Shown piece after piece: positions 10,592-19,551 of a DNA stretch of 64,000 nt. Origin of the DNA: an uncultured bacterium (GTDB lineage Bacteria; Zixibacteria; MSB-5A5; GN15; FEB-12). The translations under genes were made by a program, and so were the position numbers. The notes beneath the pieces are model-generated. The model saw only the letters and a program-made list of their open reading frames with translations, did no database searches and was not told the DNA's origin. Where the stretch lies: NCBI GenBank assembly GCA_965372795.1, contig CBDVDR010000004.1, positions 1-64,000 on the forward strand. Reading direction: 5' to 3'. Every line of letters starts with the position of its first letter. Within the stretch, counting starts at the first letter, position 1.

Positions 10592-11280
10592 TTATCTCTT
10601 CTAAATGTACAAATTCTAAAATCGGTATATATTTGTCGGCATACGAATATGATGCTTTGCCAGAAAACAAACTCGAACAGTTTGAAATGCATCTATTGGA
10701 GTGTGACTACTGTATGAATGAAATCAAAGATTTTTCCAAATTCTCTCATTTATTAAGTAAAGATAAACAAACTCATCAGGCTATCAGAAATCTTATTCCA
10801 AACATCACTCATCCTGAACCTTTTTTCCATAAGATCAAGAATCATTTATTTCCACACTCACCGCTATTACTTAAACCGGCATTCCTTATTTTTGTAATTC
10901 TATTGTTAATTTTACCGGCATATCATGGTTTGTTTATTCAAAAGCATCATCAAGTTTTACCTGTAAAAACATTTACTCTCGTTCCCACTCGAGCAAATAT
11001 AATCACTAAAATAACAGTTGATCATGAACAAGACATTGTTGTTTCATTTGTGTTAAGAGATGCTTCTGAGGATGAGAACTATATTGTAAAACTTGAAAGT
11101 GAAGCTGGAACTATCATATGGCAAGATAATAATTTTTCAGCTTTTGACAAATTTGGAGTTGGCAGTATTATTTTTCCTTCTGAATTAATTAAAAATGGAA
11201 GTTATAAGCTTTCAATGAAAACAAAAGATGCTTCCGGTAAAGAGATCAAACAAATCTACTTTTTTGATATTAACAAATAA
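10567..11280 (+). CDS. zf-HC2 (ZAS) anti-sigma factor with TM helix and extracytoplasmic domain
   Basis: FEMHLLECDYC (HxxxCxxC), then a TM segment; overlaps the sigma gene. Confidence 0.85.
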   Translation: MFGTGKELIISSKCTNSKIGIYLSAYEYDALPENKLEQFEMHLLECDYCMNEIKDFSKFSHLLSKDKQTHQAIRNLIPNITHPEPFFHKIKNHLFPHSPLLLKPAFLIFVILLLILPAYHGLFIQKHHQVLPVKTFTLVPTRANIITKITVDHEQDIVVSFVLRDASEDENYIVKLESEAGTIIWQDNNFSAFDKFGVGSIIFPSELIKNGSYKLSMKTKDASGKEIKQIYFFDINK

Positions 11281-11307
11281 CAATCTGAAAAAAAACTACA
11301 ACAACGA

Positions 11308-14300
11308 TTGAATAACAGTATGGAATTCTCATCAGAAAATAAACTACGATTTAGGATTCTCAAATTGTTTTTAGTAATTTCTTTTTTTGTAATTTCTATT
11401 AATTTTTATAGTAAAAACAATTCAAATGCGATTATTGAAGCAAGAAGCCTTTATTTCGAAGAAACCACTTTAGACAATTTAAATTGGGAACAATCAATAG
11501 CCAAAACAGACTCGCTCTTTGAATTAAAAAAATACGACTTAGCAATTTCTATCGGGAATGAACTTCTAGAAAATGTTCAAACACGATTAGGGCAAGAAGA
11601 TACTATTGTTGCTGAAATTTTATACAAGTTGGGGATTTATAATGAAGAAGCTATTAATTATCCTATAGCAGAAAGTCTAAGTCGAAGAGCTTTATTAATT
11701 CAAGAAAAACATTTTGGTAAAGATAGTCCTCAAGTAGGTAATACTTTGATTTTATTAGGAACCGCATGTGGGAATCAAGGAAAATACGTAGAAAGTGAAC
11801 AGCTTTATAAACGAGCTTTAAAAATTTTGGAAAGTGCCCATGGTCCAGATCATAAAGAAGTTGCGCATTGTTTGAATAAGCTTGCAATAGTATGTAGATC
11901 TCAGGATAAAAATGAAGAAGCTAAAAATTATTTTAACCGATCTCTAAAAATCTATGAATCTATTTTCGGCAATAACCACAACTCAGTAGCCACTATTTTA
12001 AATAATCTGTCAAATCTTCATGCTAATGAAGGAAGACACAAATTGGCTGAAACATATTATTTCCGATGTAAGGAAATCTATGAAAATTTATATGGTGACT
12101 CACATCCAAACACAGCTACAATATATAACAATCTTGCATGTTTATATCACGAAGTAGGTAAATATTCAGAAGCAGAAAAACTCTTTAAGCGGGCTCTAGA
12201 TATAAGAGAAAAATTTTATGGTCCCGTATATCGCAGTGTTGCCACCACTCTTGGAAATCTTGCCACAGTATATCAGGATCAGGGAAGATATCTTAAAGCT
12301 GAACCTCTGTATTTGCGATCATTATCAATCAATGAAGAAATACTCGGAAAAGCTCATTTGTCAGTTGGAACATCACTTGACATATTGGGCAATTTTTATC
12401 GGATCCAGGGAAAGTATTCTAAAGCAGAAGATCATATTATTAGAGCTTTAGAAATCATTAAGAAAAGATTAGGTCAAAATCATTCCCAAATTGCAATTAG
12501 TATAAATAATTTAGCCGCCATATCACATGACCTTGGAAAGTTCGAAAAAGCCGAAACTCTTTACAACAAAGCTCTTTCAATGAGAATTAAAATCTATGGC
12601 ACGGAGCATCTGTATGTTGCAGAATCAAATAAGAACCTTGCCAGACTATACTATGACTGGGGTAAATATGAATTATCAGAACCTCTTTATAAACAAGCTC
12701 TGGTCATAAAAGAAAACTTATTAGGGTCTACTCATCCTATCGTTGGTGAGATTCAACAAGAGATAGCCAAACTATATGCAAGTGAGTATGATTCTATCCA
12801 AAGTGCTGAGTATTATGAAAAGTCATGGCATTCCAGACAGGAGTTTATTGAACATGTATTCTCATCTTCATCCGAAAACCAGAAATTGAGGTGGATTAAG
12901 AAATACCCTCTTATTGATAATTCCCTATTATCTCTAGCATTACAACAAAAAAATCAAACGCTGAACAAGACAGCTTTAAAAATGATCCTTTATGGTAAAT
13001 CGGCTGTCATAGATGCCATTCTTGCTGAAAAAGAAGCTGCGTACTGCAACTATGATGAAGATATCATGAAAATGCTAGAAGATCGTTCAAGCGTTTGTAA
13101 CCAAATTGCAAATCTTATCCTTTTTGACCAATCGAAAAATATTACCAACTCGACCAGCGATAGTCTTAAAAAACTATATGCTGTACAGGATTCTATTGAA
13201 CAAGAATTAAGCGTACAGTGTTCTGAATTTAAAAATGAGATTACTTCGACTCAGTTTAATCTTAATCAAATTGCATCAAATCTACCTTCAGAATCAGTGT
13301 TATGGGAATTTATAAAATATGAACCATTTGATTTTTATAGCCCTGGGACTGAAAAGGAAAGAACCGGAAAATCCAGATATGCTGTTTTTTCTTTAAATCA
13401 CAATGGTGAAGTATCAGCATTAGATCTGGGTGAATCTGATCATATTGACAGTCTAATAATGGCGACAAGAAAAATGATATACGATTCTGAAACTAGAATC
13501 TATTCACATCTCGCTCCTGAACTTGAATTACAACTTAAAGATGTAACCAGTAAGTTGTATAAACTTATTTTTGAGCCATTGGCAAAAGACCTTCAAGAGC
13601 AAACTAGTATACAAATATCTCTAGACGGTCAACTTCATCTTTTACCACTTGATATTCTTCCGATACCAGACGGATCCTATGTGATCGAAAAATATAGGCT
13701 TTCCTATTTATCATCGGGTAAAGATTTGTTAAAATCTAATACAGCGAGTAGTTTTTCAAATGATGTAGTTATAATAACAAATCCTGATTATAACAGAAGT
13801 ATTCAAGACGTTTCAAATCAAAACCAAAAAACTTTTGTAAAAAATATCAATTCAATTAGCCAACCAGTGAATAACAAAAAAGTGAATTACTCAGCACGTA
13901 AATTTATACCGTTATTATATTGCCAAAATGAAAAGGAATTGATCGTAAATACATTTATACAATTAGAGAATATTAATATCTATGAATATTCTGATGAATA
14001 TGCAACTGAATCGGTAATCAAACAACTAGAAATTTTTCCTCGAATTTTACACATTGCAACTCATGGTTATTATAACAATAATAAAGATTTCAATCGTAAA
14101 TTGTCTATCGACCACCCCTTTCATCACTCAGGGATCGTACTCGCTGGTGCTAATAATCTTTTCAAGACTGATGAAATTATCGCTAATGATTTCGAAAATG
14201 GAATATTAACAGCTTATGAAGTTTCAAGCTTAAATTTACAAGGAACAGAACTAGTCACTTTATCTGCATGCGAGACTGGATTGGGTGAGACTTTAAATGG

Positions 14301-14559
14301 CGAAGGTGTTTTTGGGCTTCGTCGGGCGTTTAAACATGCGGGAGCACAATCAATTCTTATGAGTCTTTGGAGAGTACAGGACAAAGAGACTTCTGTTCTT
14401 ATGGATGGATTTTATCGACGTTGGCTTATGGGAAACATATCTAAGCAAGATGCACTTCACAACACATCACTAAACATTTTAGATAATTGCCGAAAAAAAT
14501 GGGGTCATGGTCATCCTTTATTCTGGGGTGGTTTCATTTTAGCTGGCAATAACAATTGA
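11308..14559 (+). CDS. TPR-repeat (kinesin-light-chain type) plus CHAT (caspase-like) protease
   Basis: About ten 42-aa repeats (A..LNNLA..Y..G.Y..AE.L..RAL.I.E...G..H); CHAT dyad ILHIATHG and LSACETG; HPLFWGGF; N-terminal signal/TM. Confidence 0.92.
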   Translation: MNNSMEFSSENKLRFRILKLFLVISFFVISINFYSKNNSNAIIEARSLYFEETTLDNLNWEQSIAKTDSLFELKKYDLAISIGNELLENVQTRLGQEDTIVAEILYKLGIYNEEAINYPIAESLSRRALLIQEKHFGKDSPQVGNTLILLGTACGNQGKYVESEQLYKRALKILESAHGPDHKEVAHCLNKLAIVCRSQDKNEEAKNYFNRSLKIYESIFGNNHNSVATILNNLSNLHANEGRHKLAETYYFRCKEIYENLYGDSHPNTATIYNNLACLYHEVGKYSEAEKLFKRALDIREKFYGPVYRSVATTLGNLATVYQDQGRYLKAEPLYLRSLSINEEILGKAHLSVGTSLDILGNFYRIQGKYSKAEDHIIRALEIIKKRLGQNHSQIAISINNLAAISHDLGKFEKAETLYNKALSMRIKIYGTEHLYVAESNKNLARLYYDWGKYELSEPLYKQALVIKENLLGSTHPIVGEIQQEIAKLYASEYDSIQSAEYYEKSWHSRQEFIEHVFSSSSENQKLRWIKKYPLIDNSLLSLALQQKNQTLNKTALKMILYGKSAVIDAILAEKEAAYCNYDEDIMKMLEDRSSVCNQIANLILFDQSKNITNSTSDSLKKLYAVQDSIEQELSVQCSEFKNEITSTQFNLNQIASNLPSESVLWEFIKYEPFDFYSPGTEKERTGKSRYAVFSLNHNGEVSALDLGESDHIDSLIMATRKMIYDSETRIYSHLAPELELQLKDVTSKLYKLIFEPLAKDLQEQTSIQISLDGQLHLLPLDILPIPDGSYVIEKYRLSYLSSGKDLLKSNTASSFSNDVVIITNPDYNRSIQDVSNQNQKTFVKNINSISQPVNNKKVNYSARKFIPLLYCQNEKELIVNTFIQLENINIYEYSDEYATESVIKQLEIFPRILHIATHGYYNNNKDFNRKLSIDHPFHHSGIVLAGANNLFKTDEIIANDFENGILTAYEVSSLNLQGTELVTLSACETGLGETLNGEGVFGLRRAFKHAGAQSILMSLWRVQDKETSVLMDGFYRRWLMGNISKQDALHNTSLNILDNCRKKWGHGHPLFWGGFILAGNNN

Positions 14560-14666
14560 TATGATTCTTAAAACCTAAACTTGTGCGTTTTCCGAATTTG
14601 TTTAAAATAAAAATATCAATTCGATTAGATTTTGCTAGATTATAGAGATCTTCATCATGAAATTTC

Positions 14667-14694
14667 GTGGGCGGCAGACGTCCTCGTCTGCCCC
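14667..14694 (+). repeat. REP-like GC-rich palindrome (or terminator)
   Basis: GTGG-gc-GGCAGACG-tcct-CGTCTGCC-cc. Confidence 0.45.
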
Positions 14695-14886
14695 TTTCTA
14701 TCTATCCCATCAACCATTAATGATCCTTATCAATTTTAGGCAACCCATTTCCTGTTGTCAACTAATCTAAAGTACTTGAAATTGAACCGTGGGAATTCAT
14801 ACTCACTGTGACGAAGTTTATCAAATTCATATTTCTAATAAAATATCTCCTCGCTGTCCGAAGGAATAAAGCATACGAATTATGCA

Positions 14887-14914
14887 GGGCTACTTGGAAG
14901 ACATATCGAACTTT
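14887..14914 (+). repeat. att-like direct repeat, copy 1
   Basis: GGGCTACTTGGAAGACATATCGAACTTT; 26/28 identical to copy 2. Confidence 0.8.
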
Positions 14915-14934
14915 GATAAACCTATAACTTCGAA

Positions 14935-15468
14935 TCATATTTTTTGTTTGTACCATATGACCTTGCCCATTAATGGTTTGGGTGAGAGCATAACTACTGC
15001 TTTTTTTGCCAATTCCTTTGAGGAAGCAGTATTTTCTAAATTCAAGTATTGGTATATTGTTTTTTCTGGATTATTAATTGTATAATTTCTGATTGATCTT
15101 ACTAAAACATCAACTTTTCTACCTTTGTAGTATTTCATTATTTGGTTCGAGGGGTGTCTTCCAAATTTTGGATTAATATAATCCCAATTCCAAATAGAGC
15201 GGTAAGGAAGATGTTTTTTATTAAATGGATAAAAGAACCATATATCAAAGTCCTTTATACCATTGGATTTGTCATGAAAATGCATAGCAGCACCTTGACA
15301 AAGAGCTACAGCTATTGGTTTCTTAATATTGTATAATTTTTCCCATTTTTTACCATTGCCCTGAATAAAATATTCATTTAGACATTTAAAACTTCCATTA
15401 TACAACTCTATAAGATCATTTTTTGTGATTGGTTTTAAAGATCGTTTAATTTCCGTGTTTCCTCCCAA
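14935..15468 (-). CDS. Hypothetical protein, possible Pol-beta-like minimal nucleotidyltransferase
   Basis: AVALCQGAAMH...GIKDFDIWFFY (hG...DxD) and a later KVDVLVR acidic strand; start codon uncertain. Confidence 0.5.
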   Translation of the reverse strand: MGGNTEIKRSLKPITKNDLIELYNGSFKCLNEYFIQGNGKKWEKLYNIKKPIAVALCQGAAMHFHDKSNGIKDFDIWFFYPFNKKHLPYRSIWNWDYINPKFGRHPSNQIMKYYKGRKVDVLVRSIRNYTINNPEKTIYQYLNLENTASSKELAKKAVVMLSPKPLMGKVIWYKQKI

Positions 15469-15480
15469 CGGTTAGTTCAA

Positions 15481-15511
15481 GTAGGGTAGGATCCCAGTGA
15501 GTGACCTTGCC
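15481..15511 (+). repeat. Degenerate GTAG-type REP-like palindrome
   Basis: GTAG-GGTAGGATC-ccagtgagt-GACCTTGCC (imperfect stem). Confidence 0.3.
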
Positions 15512-15565
15512 ATCTAATTATATTCTTTATTTTGTATCAATTGTTAAATCCTGCAAATAATAAGC

Positions 15566-15593
15566 GGGCTACTTGGGATACATATCGAACTTT
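15566..15593 (+). repeat. att-like direct repeat, copy 2 (best candidate attL)
   Basis: GGGCTACTTGGGATACATATCGAACTTT; its junction context ATAATAAGCGG resembles the tRNA-side junction ATAATATGCGG. Confidence 0.8.
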
Positions 15594-15743
15594 TATTAAA
15601 AATATGTGTAGAGAACTCTGATTAATCTTAATTTGAAAAGCATGTGTAAACAACAGCAAAACTGGTACGAGTAGAATACTCTCTATTTTTAATTAAGCAT
15701 GTGGAAGTCCTCCTTAAAAGGATATAATGTGAGTTTATCAATT

Positions 15744-16706
15744 CTAGCTTAATCGGTATGGTTCTCCCAAGTTAATACTATCAATGTTTTCTTTTGCAAG
15801 TTTTATTAAAGTAAGAGTACTTTCAGAAACAAGTCTAATTAGTTTTTCTAAAACAATTTGAAATGTTGGGGTGGATCCTCCAACTTTACTAAAAAGAGTT
15901 GCTATTTTTTCTCTGTCTCCTTTATGCTCATACTTACCAATATTGTTAAACATGGTCTCAAGTAATGTATGAGAGTTTTTGTCTTTTATTGATTTTTTAT
16001 CAATTATTATATTAGGCGGTGCAGATTCTACAAAGGACCTAATTTCAGATAAAAGCTCTTTGTCGTTCAACCATCCAGGAGGAGTAGGTGTAAAAAACTG
16101 AAAATCATTACCATGAACACTCATTGTTGATCCTCGTTGCCTTGGTCTATTTGAGTGTACTATGAATCTATTTCGGAATATTCTAAAGTTGTAAAAAAGC
16201 CATAAGAGAGCTTCAGAGTAAATTTTCCAGAGTTCTGCTAGAGTATTTAAATTATTTTTTTCTAGTTCGACAACTAAATCAGAAAAAGGATGTGAAGTTT
16301 TTATATTTCCTCCTCCTACTATAATAGCTTGAAGACTCCATTGGTCTAAGAGAATTCCACCAAACATATATAGAGATTCCATGTCTGTCTTCATAAGATT
16401 AGTTAACTTATGCGATTCTTGAAATATTTTTTTAGCTTCTGAAGAGAATGGCTTTTGGGACCGACAGTTTTCAATTAAATAGGAACTTTCAATCTTTCCT
16501 AATTCAGACAATTCATTTCGCTGATTAAAAAGTCTCTCAGCTATTAATTTGCAGTTTTGAAGTCGTTCCAGAGAATAGGAACTATGATGAAAGAATGCAT
16601 ACGGACCAGCAGGAGGTTTTTTTCCTTCAAGTATAACTTTACTAAGTTCTCTAAGGTTTTCCTCTGCCTGATTAAATAACTTGCCAAGTTCTTCTTGAGA
16701 GATCAT
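15744..16706 (-). CDS. Hypothetical protein with HEPN-like RNase motif
   Basis: Helical protein with FRNRFIVHS (R-x5-H) motif. Confidence 0.5.
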   Translation of the reverse strand: MISQEELGKLFNQAEENLRELSKVILEGKKPPAGPYAFFHHSSYSLERLQNCKLIAERLFNQRNELSELGKIESSYLIENCRSQKPFSSEAKKIFQESHKLTNLMKTDMESLYMFGGILLDQWSLQAIIVGGGNIKTSHPFSDLVVELEKNNLNTLAELWKIYSEALLWLFYNFRIFRNRFIVHSNRPRQRGSTMSVHGNDFQFFTPTPPGWLNDKELLSEIRSFVESAPPNIIIDKKSIKDKNSHTLLETMFNNIGKYEHKGDREKIATLFSKVGGSTPTFQIVLEKLIRLVSESTLTLIKLAKENIDSINLGEPYRLS

Positions 16707-16835
16707 TTTCCATTTTCATTATTTATTACTATTTAATGTTATAGCATTATTATTTTCATATTCTTCAATATAATTTGTATTGTATAAAATAATAACTAAA
16801 AGAACAGTTATTGATGTTTGTACAATTTCTACAAG

Positions 16836-16863
16836 AGGCTACTTGAGATACAAATCAAATTTT
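16836..16863 (+). repeat. att-like direct repeat, copy 3 (degenerate)
   Basis: AGGCTACTTGAGATACAAATCAAATTTT; 23/28 identical to copy 2. Confidence 0.7.
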
Positions 16864-17087
16864 AGTTACTATGCACAAACTACAAACTTGAAACCACAAC
16901 ACATTACTAATCATAGGCTTAGGAAAAGATTACATAGAATAATAGAGACAAAGCGTTGTAACTATTGTGTTATTCTATGCTTAACTTTTTTATCGCTTGT
17001 TAGTTATAATTCAATTGACTGCAAAGCTTTATGTGATTAATATGTCTAATACTAAAGAAGCAACTAATCGTCTTATAGGGAAATCAA

Positions 17088-17867
17088 ATGATAAGTATCA
17101 ATGATTTGTTTAACAAAAATGCTAAATTAACAAACTCAGTTATATTATTTATAGGATTAGTTTTAATTGCTTGTGGTGTACTATTGCGTGAAAAAATACC
17201 TAATGAATCAATTATTTTAATAAGCATAGGAGCATCAATTGTTGCAAGTGCAATAGTTGTTTATGTATCTGCCAAATATCTAGTTAAAAGACAAAACGTT
17301 TTAGAGCTTATTGAAAAGTGGGGATTAATTGGTATCTTTAATACTCGATCAGAAATGAATCGAAGAGCTGATAAAACCTTTGTGAAACTTGAAAATAAAC
17401 TGGACATTGTTGGTTTTGGTTTTAGAGCATTTAGATCTGTCAAAGGCAGTGAAATTGAAGAAAAAGTAAAGAGAGGTTTACAAGTTAGAATTTTAACTAT
17501 GAACCCAGAATCTTCGATTGTTAAACAAAGAGAAAATGATGAGCATGAAGTACCTGGTCAAATTAAAAATACAATTAAAGACTTAATTGATTGGGTAGAG
17601 AGTTTAAAAAATAATAGCCCAAATAATTTAGTTCAAATAAAATTTTATGATAATCTGCCATTACAATCTTACTATAGACAAGATAATCATATATACACAG
17701 GACCATATTTATTTGGAAAGCCAAGTCAACAAACAATCTCTTTTGAATATAAAAATAATTCATTGGGATTTAATTATTGGGCTTCATATTTTGAAAGTGT
17801 ATGGAACAATTCAGATTTTGCTAAAGAGAATTATATTGAATGCTCAAATATGTTTTGTGAAAACTGA
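17088..17867 (+). CDS. Two-TM protein with DUF5919/PLD-like cytoplasmic domain
   Basis: Two N-terminal hydrophobic helices; LDIVG, VRILTMNP.S..V.QRE.DE, IKFYD.LP...Y.R.D...Y.GPYL, YF..VW; no HKD motif. Confidence 0.7.
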   Translation: MISINDLFNKNAKLTNSVILFIGLVLIACGVLLREKIPNESIILISIGASIVASAIVVYVSAKYLVKRQNVLELIEKWGLIGIFNTRSEMNRRADKTFVKLENKLDIVGFGFRAFRSVKGSEIEEKVKRGLQVRILTMNPESSIVKQRENDEHEVPGQIKNTIKDLIDWVESLKNNSPNNLVQIKFYDNLPLQSYYRQDNHIYTGPYLFGKPSQQTISFEYKNNSLGFNYWASYFESVWNNSDFAKENYIECSNMFCEN

Positions 17868-17890
17868 GAATTACATGGAACTTGTTATTT

Positions 17891-19012
17891 ATGAGCAATA
17901 ATCACAATATAGAATTTAAAGCTTTTTATGATGACAGAGAAAAGGCAATTGATAAGTGTAAAAAAATTGGTGCAACTTTAATCAGGACTCATCAACAGAA
18001 AGATACTTATTATGATGTAAAAAAAGGTAAAATGAAACTGCGAGAAGACCAAGAATTTGGAAATCAAATAATTTATTATGATCGATTAGCAAATTCTATT
18101 GCAAGATCTTCCCATTATAATAAAGTTGACATAACCCCACTAACTAATGATCTATCTGACTTTTTTAAAGAAGCATTTGGGATTAAAGCTATAATTGAAA
18201 AGCATCGCATAACTTATGAAACAGAATATGCTCTTATTAACATTGATAATTTTCCACTAATAGGAAACTTTATAGAAGTTGAAGTTTTGATGGAAAAAGC
18301 CAATTCCACTGAAAAAGGACTTCAAGTTTCTTCCGAACTCCAAAATTACTTAGAAATCGAACCTAATAGCTTAGTCTCATTTTCGTATGCTGATCTTTTA
18401 TTAATGTATGAGAAAGCTGCTTCGTGGAGAAAAAAAATTAATGAGAGCAGTAATGCTGGTAAGTTGTTTTTGGTCGATGGTTGTAGTTGTTCGGGCAAAA
18501 CATCCTTGACGCAACAATTATCTCTAGAACAAAATAATAGCATCAAATTTATCCGAAGATATTGCACTAGACCAAAGAGAATAAATGATAATTCAGAATC
18601 TGAATATGTATTCGTTGATGCAAATCACTTTTACCAGATGGCATCTAATGGGGAATTCATAGAGTTTAGAGATTTTGATTTTGGTATGAGTTATGGGTTA
18701 AGCTGGAAAGATGTAATGAGTCCAATTGTTAATGGGCATAATGCCTTTGGAATTATAAATTTTGGAAGCATTTTACACATAAAAAAAATATTTCCTGAGG
18801 CGATAACAATTCTTATTAATGCACCTTTAGAGACAATTAAAAAAAGATTAAATCAGCGGGGATATAATGCTACTGAACAGATCGAGGAAAGATTGGAAAA
18901 TGCAAAATTAGTTGATTCATATATAGATTACTATGATTATGTCATTAACAACGACGACGGGATGTTCAATGAAGCTCTAGAACAGATACATAATATTATC
19001 TCTTCAGAATAA
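17891..19012 (+). CDS. Fusion of a CYTH (class IV adenylate cyclase/CyaB-like) domain and a guanylate kinase/PhnN-like domain
   Basis: NIEFKA, QKDTYY, KMKLRE, EKHR, GNFIEVEV, SYADLL (CYTH); DGCSCSGKTS, RYCTRPKR, FIEF, YGL, RLNQRG, YDYVINND (GK); ATG at 17891 preferred as start. Confidence 0.85.
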   Translation: MSNNHNIEFKAFYDDREKAIDKCKKIGATLIRTHQQKDTYYDVKKGKMKLREDQEFGNQIIYYDRLANSIARSSHYNKVDITPLTNDLSDFFKEAFGIKAIIEKHRITYETEYALINIDNFPLIGNFIEVEVLMEKANSTEKGLQVSSELQNYLEIEPNSLVSFSYADLLLMYEKAASWRKKINESSNAGKLFLVDGCSCSGKTSLTQQLSLEQNNSIKFIRRYCTRPKRINDNSESEYVFVDANHFYQMASNGEFIEFRDFDFGMSYGLSWKDVMSPIVNGHNAFGIINFGSILHIKKIFPEAITILINAPLETIKKRLNQRGYNATEQIEERLENAKLVDSYIDYYDYVINNDDGMFNEALEQIHNIISSE

Positions 19013-19042
19013 TAATTACAATAATTTATAGAAAGAAGTTAA

Positions 19043-19507
19043 ATGAAAGAAATATTTAATTCGGATGTTCAATTTCGATATATTGGAATTAAAGAGAATG
19101 AATATGAAATACCTGGCATTTGTTTTTGTTATGCTAATAAGAAAAGCGCAAAAGAATTTTTTACAATGATTTACGATTACATGACTTTAAAAAGTGGAGA
19201 AAAACAATTTAATATTGAGCTCCGATTACAAGATGATAATTGCTATACTCTCGAAATGATAATAGAAACACCTGAAAAAATTCTTAAAACCATAATTTCT
19301 GATATTATTCCATCCGATATCGAAAAAATACCCAAAAATCTTCGTAGTGTCTCTTATTATGTTATCCTTGCAGGATATGATAAAGCTGGAGAATTTACTT
19401 TACTTCCAACTGATAAGTATCATTTATTTAAAAAAGAACTTCTTATTGATGGAAAAAAAGTTGAAGGTGCATCCAATTGTTCTATAGATTGGGATAAAGT
19501 ATTTTAA
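19043..19507 (+). CDS. Hypothetical protein (154 aa)
   Basis: Clean ORF with short intergenic gaps inside the operon; no recognisable motif. Confidence 0.6.
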   Translation: MKEIFNSDVQFRYIGIKENEYEIPGICFCYANKKSAKEFFTMIYDYMTLKSGEKQFNIELRLQDDNCYTLEMIIETPEKILKTIISDIIPSDIEKIPKNLRSVSYYVILAGYDKAGEFTLLPTDKYHLFKKELLIDGKKVEGASNCSIDWDKVF

Positions 19508-19551
19508 TACAATGTGTTGATTAAAAGTACTAATTAATAGGTGTTTTAATT

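Noticed and set aside
11620..12830. Periodic DNA repeats of about 126 bp
   Set aside because: Explained by degenerate 42-aa TPR coding repeats
14882..15085. 67-aa ORF (MQGYLEDISNF), and the similar 16780-17040 ORF
   Set aside because: These are translations across the att-like repeats, antisense to or between real genes
14887..16863. CRISPR array or classical integron attC array
   Set aside because: The spacers are 650-1250 bp and gene-containing, there are no cas genes or tyrosine integrase, and the repeats lack the RYYYAAC/GTTRRRY palindromic structure
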